From Eledone cirrhosa (Eukaryota), in the NCBI GenBank assembly GCA_964016885.1, contig OZ024752.1:13640001-13704000 (forward strand): DNA of 64,000 bases, written 5' to 3'. The translations under genes were made by a program, and so were the position numbers. This document shows, piece after piece, positions 1-14,064 of this stretch; position 1 is the first letter of the stretch, and each line of letters starts with the position of its first letter. The notes under the pieces were generated by a model. That model worked only from the letters and a program-made list of their open reading frames with translations, searched no databases and had not been told where the DNA came from.

Positions 1-69
1 TCCTTTTCTGCTACACACTAGAATGCTATGTTTGAGCAAATACAAATTTTGTTTATTTTTATTTTCACT

Positions 70-233
70 TTATGAAGAGTGTTTTGTATAAATGGAACTT
101 GGCCGATGTCGATACTATGGACAGAAATACATGGAGAGCGGCTGTGAGACATTGCCTGGTGTTGCCTCCCTTGGAGTCTTGGACAACCGCAGCACCCTAA
201 AGACCAAAACTGGATATGGATGGATGGATGGAT
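70..233 (+). mobile_element. 3' end of RTE-like LINE with (GGAT)n tail
   Basis: The + frame reads ...DTMDRNTWRAAVRHCLVLPP..., resembling the DRxxWR C-terminus of RTE ORF2, and is followed by ggatggatggat. Confidence 0.6.
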
Positions 234-256
234 TATATCTGTATGCATTCTTACAT

Positions 257-1200
257 TAACCCTTTAACATTTAAACTGGCCATATCTGGCCAGAATTCTC
301 TCACCTCTTTCTGTTCAAACCGGTTGTAACTGGCGGCTCATACTGATGTGAAGGTATTGCTCTCAAAATAAATAATAAAATCATCAAAATCTTAGAGATT
401 CAATATTACTGCGAAAATACAATAGTAAATATGGAGGGCAATATTGGTACTTTATTTTACCAACCCTGTATTGATGAAAGACAAAGATAACCTCGGCGGG
501 ATTTGAAATCAGAATATATAGGGCCGTAACTTAATGTCGTGAAGCATGGTGTCTGATGCTCTACCGATTACTGTCAATCCACCGCCCTCATAATGTGAAT
601 ATCATGAGATTTTAGTTGCTTAACAACAAATAATATAACAATACTTAAAGTTACTGATATTTTAATATCCCACTCTAAAAGTCCTTAATATACTGACCCG
701 ATTATATTGAAAATTAGTTGTAATATCTAGGTACACTAGTTATTAGGAATATGGTCATGAAAGGGTTAACCCTTTAGCATTTAAACTGGCTGTATCTGGC
801 CAGAATACTCTCATCTCTTTCAGTTAAAACTGGCTGTAACCGTCCACTCATACCTAAGTTAACCATTTAGCATTTACATTACTCTACATATACTATTGTA
901 TTTTCGAGGAAAATACTTTATTTCATATAATTATCTCAGATAATATCGAATCTACGAGATTTTGATATTATTTATTTTGAGAACAATACCTTAACATAAG
1001 TATGAGCAGCCAGTTATGGCAGTTAAGAGCTGAGAGAAATCTGGCTGGATACAGCTAATGGGTTAAGGTATTGTTCTCAATACAAATAACATCAAAATCT
1101 CATAAATTCAATATTATGTGAGATAATTATGTGAGGTAAAGTGTTTACTGTGAAAATATAATAGTAGATATAGAGTAATGTAAATACTAAAGAGTTGAAT
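257..1200. mobile_element. cluster of degenerate/nested piggyBac-like MITE copies (TTAA-CCCTTTAGCATTTA ends)
   Basis: ttaaccctttaacattt at ~257, gggttaaccctttagcattt at ~763 and ttaaccatttagcattt at ~859. Internal sequence matches the complete copy at 45156-45375. Confidence 0.65.
445..590 (-). mobile_element. tRNA-derived SINE family A (diverged), inserted in MITE
   Basis: Reverse complement matches the family head and the cctcggcgggatttgaa B-box region seen at 59578-59761. Confidence 0.75.
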
Positions 1201-2004
1201 ACTTATTTTACAGGGAAGTAGTTCTTCAATCCAGCTATTCCATTATTTTACCACCATATTTCTAACATTTCTCTCAAACAAAAATGCTGAAATAAACTTT
1301 ATAAATATTATTTAATTCAAAAAATCATTTAAGTTTAAGTTTTTATTCATCTATTTACTGTCCATTCAAGTAATTCTGATATTAATATGTGAATCAGCTG
1401 TATATAAGCAGTTTAAAAGATTATCAAACATTTTGATAATCTTTTAATCTTTTGTATGAAACAGGGGTTAAGCTGAAACAACTTTTTGTTGGACTCAGTA
1501 AGAAAAACAAGGTTAAGATTATTTAAATACATATTTAATACAATGTTTATAAAGGGACATGGCATTGGGGGTTTTATTTGGGAGAATGGCTAAAATAAGA
1601 TTACAATATTTTACATTTACCTTGTGAAAATATTGTTCCCCTAAGGAGTTCTACATAGCCAGGTTTATCCTAATACTAGTTCGTCTTTTATACACACACC
1701 CACACACACACACAGTATGCATACTGACAAGCTAATCAATGCCCTCTTATTTGTTGCCTGTAGGGAAAGGACTAGGAAGATATAGCTTTTGTTAATCCTT
1801 TTTAGCACATACCCATAATTATTGATCATTTACATATGTGGCTGCCATCTGGAACAGGAATTATGACTGGTAAAGTTGATAATGAAGATGCCTGAGTACC
1901 GCCATTTTTGTCCAGTTGGGTCACCTATTGTCTTAACAGGTGCAGAGACAACAGGTGATCCCCTATATAGTCATTCCTCAAATGGAACTTAAAAGTTAGA
2001 TGAA

Positions 2005-2330
2005 CTTTTTAGCATTCACATAACTCTATATTTACTATTTTATTTTCGCAGTAAAAGCTTTATCTTACATAATACCAAATCTATGAGATTTTGATATTAT
2101 TTATTTTGAGAACAATACATTAACATCAGTATGAGTGGCCAGTTATGGCTGGTTTGAACTGAAAGAGGTTAGGGAATTTTGGAGCTTTACCAAAATTGAT
2201 AGTTGGTAATCTATAATCGATTGCTTAGATCAATTTTCACTCTGGTTCTAGGGACTATGAAATGGCGGCCGTAAGAAAATAACAAATTTTCCATCTTAAA
2301 GATGCCGCCGGTTTAAATGCTAAAGGGTTA
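2005..2330. mobile_element. piggyBac-like MITE copy with internal insertion
   Basis: Ends taaatgctaaagggttaa, and the body matches 45156-45375. Confidence 0.65.
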
Positions 2331-2574
2331 AATCTTACTCTTAGAGGAAAGTGCAAGTCTTCAATTTTTTTTAAAACTCGTCCAACATATAATCTTGCCA
2401 TGAAATAAAGGAAAAAAACCTGTTTATACTCAGATAAAAAATGACTGTGGAAAATATATAGGAAATGGCAATCATAGCAAGAACAAATATTGACAAGTAA
2501 AACCCTTGCTAGCAGGATGGGCATATGTTAAAAAAGGTGATGAAGATAAAGATAGAACTGAATATTTTTTTCTT

Positions 2575-2905
2575 AAAGAGGTCCACTTGATAAAGTGCGT
2601 AACTTGGAGATCAGAGAGATACAGGTAGGGCCACTACATCTTAAAATTGAGAGATCACAGTTCCGATGCTACGGGTATGTGGTTAGAATGTTTCAGAAAT
2701 GAATCGCTGGATAAGATTTCATGGGCAAAATCAACCGGCAGGAGACCCTGGGGCAGACACCGAGCAAGATGTTTGAATAATATCCATGAACTTGGTTGGT
2801 CTCACTTGTGGATCCAGCTGGATCAGTTGGAGACGGTTGCTTCTGAGAGGACCCGCTGGATGGAGTGTTTGAGGACTCTGTCCCCACGACCCTCTCAGGA
2901 ATAAA
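2575..2905 (+). mobile_element. RTE-clade LINE 3' fragment (family R1)
   Basis: Frameshifted IERSQFRCYGYVVRM...GRRPWGRHRAR...ERTRWMECL. Similar to 10240-10780, 35600-36110 and 45380-45890. Confidence 0.8.
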
Positions 2906-3189
2906 TGGTTAAGAGAGTGGGACTGGCTTTGTGCAGTGCCTTTGCTCACTATAAAAGCTTCACGGCACAGGCATTGCTTTATATCTGGAGACCTCTCTGC
3001 ACTTGTAATCACATGGTGCCATGGGCCCAGCACTATGTGTCAATAATTGTCACAAGTGTAGTGTTTGTACCAGAGTTTTCAAGTTGCTGGCTGGACTAAA
3101 AAGTCACACTCGTTCAGCGCATCGGTAGGGGTTCTCCTACATGGATATAAAGTAGTGGCCGTACTCGAAAACGAGTTGGCAGCCACCAT
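2906..3189 (+). mobile_element. non-autonomous RTE-derived element, 3' part
   Basis: Near-identical to 31088-31371. The last ~180 bp match the 3' end of the RTE at 21660-21841, and a TA/TATG tail follows. Confidence 0.85.
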
Positions 3190-3303
3190 ATATATATGTA
3201 TGTATATATATATGTATATATGTATGTATATATATATATGTATATATATATATGTATATATATATATGTATATATATATATGTATGTATATATGTATATA
3301 TGT

Positions 3304-3750
3304 GTCAGGTCACCAGTTGGTGCTACTGGTAACATGTATCCCAGTAAAACCTGTCTCATGGTCGGGTCGTTGGCGACTAAACTGGCAACCCCACCAAGGT
3401 TTCTTGGTGAGGAGGGTGACTTTGGACATCCTGCAGGACTAAAAAAAAACCTGTCAAAGGGCAAAGGAGCTCTTAAGTGTCAATGGCCATCCAAAATCAC
3501 CGGGAGAGATGACCCCTTAGCCTTTATCAAGGCAGAATTCTAGGAGAAGGAAAACTCTGATATAACACCTGCAACCCTGATGGTATCCAATGATGTTGAC
3601 TTGTTCTTCTTTTTGGTAAATATGATCTTGGTTAAGAGAGTGGGACTGGCTTTGTGCAGTGCCTTTGCTTACTATAAAAGCTTCACGGCACAGGCATTGC
3701 TTTATATCTGGAGTATCTGGCCGTACTCGAAAACGAGTTGGCAGCCACCA
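3304..3750 (+). mobile_element. non-autonomous RTE-derived element with internal deletion
   Basis: Starts gtcaggtcacc and ends gagttggcagccacca. Flanked by TA/TATG microsatellites. Confidence 0.85.
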
Positions 3751-4178
<428 letters not shown>

Positions 4179-4266
4179 GCAGAAGGTAAACACAAATAAC
4201 AATGAAAACGCCATAGTACACAGAAGAAATATATTAGTTTTCCGCTTGATATAGTAGGAAAAGGGA

Positions 4267-4300
4267 CTTAATGTTTTGGACGTTAGTCCTTCATCAGACG
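4267..4300 (-). ncRNA. degenerate minimal hammerhead motif (family H1)
   Basis: Reverse complement CTGATGA-aggac-taac-gtcc-AAAA, where GAAA is mutated. Same family as 31889, 43917 and 50546. Confidence 0.5.
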
Positions 4301-4796
4301 ATAGAATGAGAAATTAAAGAAAAAGGAAGACTGGGGAGACCGTGTAGTGATAAATATATACGAGGTGGTATCAAAATATGTCTGGACTAGTTCTGTAGTG
4401 TGACAATAGATGACAACACACTTTTGTGCGTGCAACGAAAGCTAGCTGTGCCAGTCATGCGTCACTGTGCCGTGAAACATCGTTATGTTCACTTCCCAAG
4501 TTGTGAAATTTATGTGTTCCTCATCATATACTGTAGTTTGCGATTTTGTTATGGATAGTAATTTGGAATGAAGAGCCAACGTGAAATTTTGCGTCCAACT
4601 TGCTTCGGCAAGCATACGGTAACGAGGCAGTAGTAGACAGGGTCGAAGAGCCCTCCTCTGCCCGACCGAAGAAGGCACGACAGAGCCACAGCTCAATGAA
4701 GAACATGCTCATGGTTTTTTTTCGACATCCGCAGTATTAGGAATAATAAAAAAGAAGGGGAAACTAAAGGAAAAAAAGAATAGGGAAATATATAAG

Positions 4797-4935
4797 AAAA
4801 AAAGGAGAGAAAAAAAGAAAAAAAGAAAAAAAGAAAAAAGAAAAAAAGAAAAAAAGAAAAAAAGAAAAAAAGAAAAAAAGAAAAAAAGAAAAAAAGAAAA
4901 AAAGAAAAAAAGAAAAAAAGAAAAAGAAAAAAAGA
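4797..4935. repeat. (A6-7G)n polypurine tandem repeat
   Basis: Directly visible. Confidence 0.9.
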
Positions 4936-5399
4936 ACGGGAAGTGGAGGGTGATGGCAAGAGCTCTGGCGTCACAGAAGAGAGGGGAGGGGTGAGGGGGT
5001 GAGGGGCTTTGGGCCTCGGGAAAAAGGCAGAAGGGCTGTGCTCCGCTGACAAGTCAGCAAAAGTATTCCCCCGGACGATGGCCAGGGACACCCACTACAA
5101 CAGCTACCCAACATCGCGGGGCTCCCTTCTCAGGTTGTCAACGCTCCGATCTTGCAGAAGAGCTCGGCAGTACGGGGTCCAACTAAAGAATTCTACCCCT
5201 TCCTCCAGGGCCAGATCATCAATCGAGAGTTCTATTGCAACGTTTAGTGGCATTTCAGGAAGGACGTTCGACAAAAGTGACCCGATCTGTGGGGCGCGAA
5301 TAATTAGATTCGTCACAACAACGCACCCTGTCACCGAACTCTCCTCACTCGTGAGTTTCTCGCCCCAAACAATATTGTATCGCTTCCGGTCCCGTGCTA

Positions 5400-5850
5400 A
5401 TCGCCAAGTTTAGCACCCGTGGACTTCATCTCTTTTTCAAGCTGTAAATTCAACTCAAAAGTTGCCGTTTTAACACTGTTGCTGAGATCCAGAACGAGTC
5501 GCAGAAGATCCTCGACTCGCTTACGGAAAACAACTTCCAAAAGTGGCAGAAACGCAGGGAACGATGTATTGCTGCGCTAGGTGATTATTTCGAAGAAGAT
5601 GATGTTAAAACTCACCATATTTTCTGGTGTCGAAGACGCTACTTTTTCCATAAAATAAGTCTAAAAATTCTACCATGTACCCTGGAGGCCGAAGGTTGTT
5701 TATTATTTTTTCTCAAATTTTTGTTGTCAAAATTAGGGTGCGTCCTCGAGGACGAAGCGTCTTCTGTGCCTGGAAATACGGAAGGTAAATATATTAGTTA
5801 TGTTTAAAACATAACTAGTCCGGGAACTTTTTGATTCCACTTCGTATATA
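5400..5850 (+). mobile_element. mariner transposase C-terminal remnant and right TIR, interrupted by a MITE
   Basis: Translates with frameshifts as PSLAPVDF...FNTVAEIQNESQKILDSLTENNFQKWQKRRERCIAALGDYFEED, typical of mariner SPDLAPxDF...W..C....GxYFE. gaactttttgattccacttcgta at ~5825-5848 resembles a mariner TIR. Confidence 0.8.
5615..5781. mobile_element. Tc2/pogo-like MITE (CCGTATTT TIR)
   Basis: Inverted homolog of the complete copy at 63464-63645. Confidence 0.75.
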
Positions 5851-6833
5851 TAAGGGAAAAAAAAGAGGAAAAATACAAAAGCGTGAGAAAAGACACACAC
5901 ACCATGAGGCGTTGAGGTTTTCCTCAAATAAATTTTGAGGTCATTCAACATGTAGCATCGCCACGGGTGACAGAGAGGCTAAAACGCTGGAATAAACAAA
6001 TCCTGCCCCCGAAAAAAAAAAAACATTTGTCATAGCAGAATGAAAAAAAAAAAAGAAATTGTTCTCAACTTACCTAGTAAACACAAATAAATAAATAAGG
6101 GAATAAGTGTTGGTGTTCTCTCTTTCACTCACTGCCTCTGTCCCTCTCGCTCTCCCCATCTCTCACTACTAAAAGCAAATGGGGGCTCACGCGCTGGATG
6201 CCTCGCGGCCCTGGCGGACAGAATAGGTGGTTGTGGTAGGTAGGTGGACAGTAAAACATTCCTGTTTAAATCAACAATTATCTTTATCTGAAACATCAAT
6301 AAATTCCACGAAAAGAATATTTGTCCTTATTTTATTTTTATTTACTTTTATTATTTTTTTTGTATTTAATGACCCTTCAGGTAGCTCTAACAGAGTTGAC
6401 CTTCGTCCACGGGTCAGCAGCGGTCTTTAATCATTAATAAAAAAGGGCTTCACATAATTATAGCTAGAGTGTGAGTGATAGCTACATTCAATGTTACCTT
6501 TTGAAGCGTGTCTAATATAATTGTGCTGTTCATGTGTACACAGGGAAGGTATCATAACCCTTTACATTTTCTGTTTAAGGTCCGACATTATGGGAATAAA
6601 ATTAGAGCTTGAAATTCTTTTGCGGTCATGTCCTTAGGGTGCAGCCCCAACACCGCCGCACCCTAAGCATAGAGCCTACCATCCCCCCTCTTCTCCCCCC
6701 TCCATTCTTCCGTTATCCTAGAACTCTTGCGCTTCCCTTTATTTTCCGTTTTTAAATATCTGTAGTGTTGTTGTTATTTGAAATAAATCTGTTTACGATT
6801 TTTTTGGTTTTGATTAATGAAACATAATTCATA

Positions 6834-6965
6834 ATGCTTTGCAGCAGAGAGTTACGGCCCTTTACGGTCTGAGTTCAAATCCCGCCGAGGTTAACTTTGC
6901 CTTTCATCCTTACGGGATAAAGTACCAGTGTTCCACTGGGTAATTGCTGGCCTTGTGCCAAAACA
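6834..6965 (+). mobile_element. SINE family A, 5'-truncated
   Basis: gagttcaaatcccgccgagg...ctttcatccttacgg...aagtaccag. Confidence 0.85.
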
Positions 6966-7454
6966 ATTTTAATAATAACTAATATAATATAAAATATAAA
7001 ACTAATATGACATAAAAATAATATAAAAATCAGCTCAAAAATATTCATACAACTTCTAGCGCAACCATATTTTAGGTCCACGGGCCGGCCACCCCGCAAC
7101 CCCGGTGGAAAGAATAGAGAAGGCGTTTTCCCGGAGGATGGTAAGGGAAGTTTAAATTTCTATTTCGGTGAAGTTCAGGGAGATACGATGAACTAATAGA
7201 GCTGTGTGTCCGTCCGTCAGTCCGTGCATTACCACATCCACGAAACTCAGGCTCGCAACAGAAACAAATCTCAACCAACTGCGCGCGTACAGACACACAC
7301 GCGCGCGCACGAACACACACACACACACACATACACACACCTAAACAAAAAATTGTATGTATATATATCCGTCGATCGACTTTCGTCAAATCGGACCGAG
7401 GAAACACTGTTTCCATTGGACTTTCCAATTGCTAATACTATCGATCGATCGCAA

Positions 7455-7586
7455 CTCCAGGTAGAAGGAGCAACGTGAAATAAAGTGTGTTGCTCAAGGA
7501 CATAACGCATAACCCGGTCTGGGAATCGAACAGACAACCTCACAATTGCGAATCCAGTTCTCTAACCACTCAGCCACACGCCTTCA
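7455..7586 (-). mobile_element. tRNA-derived SINE family B (CORE-like), 5' part
   Basis: Reverse complement gtgaaggcgtgtggctgagtggttagag...gttcgattcc...gtccttgagcaacacactttatttcacgttgctcc, with A and B boxes visible. Confidence 0.8.
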
Positions 7587-8267
7587 CAAAATGTATGTAT
7601 ATAGCCATATATCATTAGAGAAACAGAGTATTTGTACATATATATATATAAAAATCATTTAATATTTAGGAAGCCGTATCTACATTAAGGTGGAAAAGTT
7701 ATTTTCCTTAAGACCGTTACTTCTCGGAACATGTATTTTGTATTTAAATAGGAACTTATAACATTAGTTCTGCGTCATCTAGAGCTATACCAAAATCGAT
7801 AGTTGGTAATCGATAATTGATTGCTTAGATCGATTTTCACTCCGGTTCTATGGACTCTGAAGTATATACTGTTTCCTACATATTTTATGCTTTATATATA
7901 TATAAGTTAGTTTACCATACGGTTGTTTCTCCTTTTCCTTTTCCGTATAACCGTTTTCAGTCCGAGCTGAAATTCCGTAATGTGAAACAATTGTTCTCGG
8001 TATGGTGAACTAACTATCGTGTTACTACTGCTACCAAACTCGTCCCATGGACTAAGTGCTCTACTACTACCGATATTACCCTCCAGTGTTCTACCTTCAC
8101 ACACGTCTCCAGCACCGGTCAGCAGATTCTTTTCATCACGTGGAAGTTTGGCTTTTAGTATATATATAAAATACTGTTTCCCTAATGATCTATGGTTATA
8201 TACAATATATATTAAATTATTTTTTTAATTTGAATTATTGATGTTCTGGACAAACATCTTTAAATTA

Positions 8268-8324
<57 letters not shown>

Positions 8325-8339
8325 TTTATCCCGGGTTCA

Positions 8340-8385
<46 letters not shown>

Positions 8386-8821
8386 TGGTAAACGGAATAG
8401 AAAATGCTGACAAATTGTTCACAGTTGAAAAATGGTTTAATTAGGAATAAAAGAGTATTAGTGATTGTATGGGTTAGTATTCAGTTGTGGTTTTAAGTTT
8501 TTAAGTTTTTACCGGTTGCGCATTTCTAAATGCTTTTCAAAAATAATTTTGAGACAGAGTGTCCGTGCTGTTTGCTCAAAATCGATAGTTGGTAATCGGT
8601 AATTGATTGCTTAGATCGATTTTCACTCAGGTTCTATGGACTCTGAAGTATATACTGTTATATATAGTGTGTGTGTGTCTGTGTGTGTATATTAAGCAAT
8701 CAGAAATCCGATGAGCTTTTGATTCTAGAGCCGGGGCCGATCGATAGATATCGAACCTTGAGCTGATCAAACGCGAAACGCGCGTCACACCTGAATAAAC
8801 TTTTGCTTCGCGAGATAGATT

Positions 8822-8988
8822 TACGCCCCTTTACGCTCTGAGTTGAGTTCAAATCCCGCCGAGATTAGCTTTGTCTTTCATCCTTACGGGTTCGATAAAA
8901 TAAAGTAGCAGTAACGTACTGGCGTCGATTAAATCCACTTCTCCCCTCTCCATAAATTGATGGCCTTGTGCCTAAATAAGAAACCGTT
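8822..8988 (+). mobile_element. SINE family A fragment
   Basis: B box gagttcaaatcc, body, and ggccttgtgcctaaataagaaacc tail. Confidence 0.8.
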
Positions 8989-9984
8989 ATTACTATATAT
9001 ATATATATGTGTGTGTGTGTATGTGTGTGTGTGTTTGTGCGTGTGTACGCACGCATTGACAGAAACATAGAAATACCAAGAGTGGGTTGGTATGGCAGAG
9101 AGGCGAGGGACCATGTCAGGTACATTATTTTGAAGTGGCTATGGAGGTCCATAGGTAGAAAGGTGAGCGCTATATTCTTTTGATTTTACTGAATAGCTTC
9201 CCAACTCGGTCAGTATAAATAAATAAATTTGTACAAAAGAATAAACTGTGTATTTTGAGTTCAATCAAAAGAAAAAAAAAAATCTTTGATGTTTTACTAA
9301 TTTCGTGGCTTCTCAGAATAATTACCATACAAACGCATGCGTGTGCATACACTTCTCCCTCTCTCCCTTACTATTTTTTCCTTTTTCTCTCTTCCTATTA
9401 TTATTTTCAATAAAAGAAACCTTTTTACAGTAACATAGTACATCTAAAGACTGTAGTATACTGCATGGTGGTATTTCTTGTTGGTAGAAACACAATCACT
9501 TAAATTTCTTTGTGTTACTAATGTTGCGTTTTGATATTTACATACATGATTTAGGAATGCAGGGCGGGGGCTGGTTTAGCGGGGGTTATAAGTGTAGGTT
9601 TACGGTGTTTTCTGAGAGTTTTGTTTACGAGTTAGGGCAATGAACGATTGCCCCGCTGCCAACCCAACCCAGTTCAACCACAGCTGCTGTGGTAGTGATT
9701 CCACCACCTGTTGGGGTTAGTTCATGTTGGAAAAGAGAGGATGTTACTCATCAGAGGTGGGAAAGCATTGATGACAGAAAAGAAGCTGGGAGTCGAGCAT
9801 TTATGTAGATCTAGGTGCCGAAATAATTTGGGGAATGTATCTTGGTTATCGAACTACAGAGGGAAGTCTGACATTGACCAAGCATTGACATTTCCCGAAC
9901 ATTAGGTTTTCAAAACGTCGCATTGACGAAAAGAATCTATGTGAGGAACTGACTCTAACCATTTAATAAGTATTAAAAAAGAAG

Positions 9985-10780
9985 AAAAAAATACGATCGC
10001 GAATACAAGCGGTCGAAATGGGGTTCCTCCAAAGGGTCTTTGGAGTAACGTTACACAATAAAGTGCGTAACACATTCACACAAACACACACATTGTATGA
10101 CGGACGGATGGACAGAAGTTGCTCAAATTTATATACATGTGAATGGAGTTCCACTGAAGCAGGTAGAGAAGTTCAAGTGTCTCGGGGCCGTGTTCATGAG
10201 TGAAGGAAGGCAGAGGTTGAATTAAGTGCAGGGATTGCAAAAGCTGATGCAGTACTGCGCCAGCTTCAGCATTCAGTAATTAGAAGGGAGGTAGGTGTAA
10301 AAGCCAAACTCACTGTCTTCTTGGTATTCCTGCCAACCCTTACCGAGGGTCATGAATCTTGGGTAATGACCGAAAGAATACAATTGCAAATACAAGCAGC
10401 CGAAATGGGATTCCTACGAAGGGTCTTTGGAGTAACGTTACTCGATAAAGGGCATAGCTGAGAGACCAGAGAGTTATTCCTAGTAGAGCCGCTACTTCTC
10501 CCGATTGAGAGATCACAGCTCCGATACTAAGGACATGTGGTTAGAACGTCTCAGGAAAGAATCGCTGGACGGTTTTTACGGGCAAAACCAACCGGCAGGA
10601 GACCCAGGGGTAGACCCCGAGCAAGATAGTTGGATAACATCCATGAGCTTGGCTGGTCTCGCTGGGGGATCTAGTAGGATCAGTTAGAGACGGTTGCTAT
10701 TGACAGGGCCTGCTGGAAGGAGTGTTTGTAGACTCTGCCCAAGGGACCCTCTTTGGAATAAGTGGGCGAATAAGAGAAAA
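9985..10780 (+). mobile_element. RTE-clade LINE fragments (family R1)
   Basis: ESWVMTERIQLQIQAAEMGFLRRVFGVTLLDK...IERSQLRY is readable, with a partial duplicate at 9985-10070. Confidence 0.8.
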
Positions 10781-11060
10781 GTAAAAAGTGAAATCCAATA
10801 TTTCGAGTAGAACATGTTATCGGAGACAGATGGGGCTTTACGAGAGTTTGATGGTGAATAGCTTGGGAGTGGTGAGAGTGAGAAAACAATTACGACACAA
10901 CAGTGAGGAATACGGTGGCAGAATGGAGGGATCTCATGGGGAATAAAGATCAATTGGAGACGGTTGCTTCAGACAAGACCCGCTTGAAGGAGTGATCGAG
11001 GCCTCTGCCCCCACGACCCTTTCAGGAATATGTGGGCGAAGAAGAAGGATTAAAATAATA

Positions 11061-11407
11061 ATTGTTTCTACTTTAGGCACAAGGCCAGCAATTACCCAGT
11101 GCATTACTGGTACTTTATTTTATCGACCCCGTAAGGATGAAAGGCAAAGTCAACCTCGGCGGGATTCAAACTCAGACCGTAAAGGGACGTAACTATGCTG
11201 GAAAGAATGGCGTCCGGCCCTCTACCGATACTGCCAATCCACCGCCAGGATTAAAATAATAATAATAATAATAATGGTCTCTTATATAGGCACAAGGCCA
11301 GCAATTTGTGGAGAGGGGGGAAAGTCGATTAGATCGACCCCAATGTGTGACTGGTACTTTATTTTATCGACCCCGTAAGGATGAAAGGCAAAGCTAGCCT
11401 CGGCGGG

Positions 11408-11448
<41 letters not shown>

Positions 11449-11608
11449 TGTTTCTACTTTCGGCACAAGGCCAGTAATTATCCCAGTGTATTACTGGTAC
11501 TTTATTTGATCGACCCCGTAAGGATGAAAGGCAAAGTTAACCTTGGCGGGATGTAAGGGACGTAACTATGCTGTAAAGCATGGTGTCCGGTCCTCTACCG
11601 ATACTGCT
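11061..11608 (-). mobile_element. three tandem SINE family A copies separated by (TAA)n
   Basis: Copies at ~11061-11247, 11275-11408 and 11447-11608, each abutting (AAT)n. Confidence 0.9.
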
Positions 11609-12245
11609 AAAATAATAATAATAATAATTTCATTTATTGGCCAGAAGGGCCAACATGTAGGGGTCAATACAATAGACGGGGACAGTGGGGGTTTTACATA
11701 AAAGTCGAGTAAAAAATAGGAAACAATAATAATTCTAATGAGAGAAGAAAATCAACTTTCATCATAAGTCTATTCAGAAAATTTCTCATCAGCTCGAACA
11801 AATCTCAGAAAATTCTCACAAAGTCAACGTTAGCAACAGAGTTTCTGATGAAAATATTTAACACCTGTTACTAAAATGGTAATCTATATAATTTGGTAGA
11901 ACTGTGGAGAATATCTAGTGAGTTAGTACTGAATGAACCGACACGAATATGTCCTCATTTCAATATAATTGTTGAAGTACGACTTATTTCCGGTAAATTT
12001 AACACCTCATTGTTCACATAACATGTCACCTGAACCTTCTCATTGCTTAAACTTCTCACGCTCCCTCCCCCTTTTTATCTCTCTCGTTCCCCTACCCCCT
12101 CTCTCAAGCCCACTCCCTCCTCTCTCTCTTTCTCTCTCTCTCTATATATATATATACATGTATATATATATATATATGTGTATATATATATATATTTTTT
12201 TTTTCGGTCATATCGATTATTTCGTTTCAGTATCATTATATATAT

Positions 12246-12430
12246 CGGTGGATTGGCAGTATCGGTAGAGGGTCGGACGCCATGCTTTGCAGCAATGAAT
12301 TACGGCCCTTTATGGTCTGAGTTCAAATCCCGCCGAGGTTAACTTTGCTTTTCATCCGTACGGTGTCGATAAAATAAAGTACCAGTAATGTACTGCGATA
12401 ATTGTCGGCCTTGTGCCAAAAAGTAGAAAT
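12246..12430 (+). mobile_element. SINE family A, full length
   Basis: A box tggcagtatcggtag and B box gagttcaaatcc. Confidence 0.9.
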
Positions 12431-12433
12431 AAT

Positions 12434-14062
<1,629 letters not shown>

Positions 14063-14064
14063 AG

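Noticed and set aside
4990-5413. GC-richer ORFs 5009-5413(+) and 5104-5334(-)
   Set aside because: No recognisable domain. Probably a decayed retroelement piece, so it was left uncalled.
9640-9960. Possible LINE remnant, including a CTGATGA on the minus strand
   Set aside because: No convincing protein motif, and no GAAA or stem partners for a ribozyme.
12246-12345. tRNA genes at A/B-box motifs
   Set aside because: No complete cloverleaf is present, and each continues into a shared SINE body.
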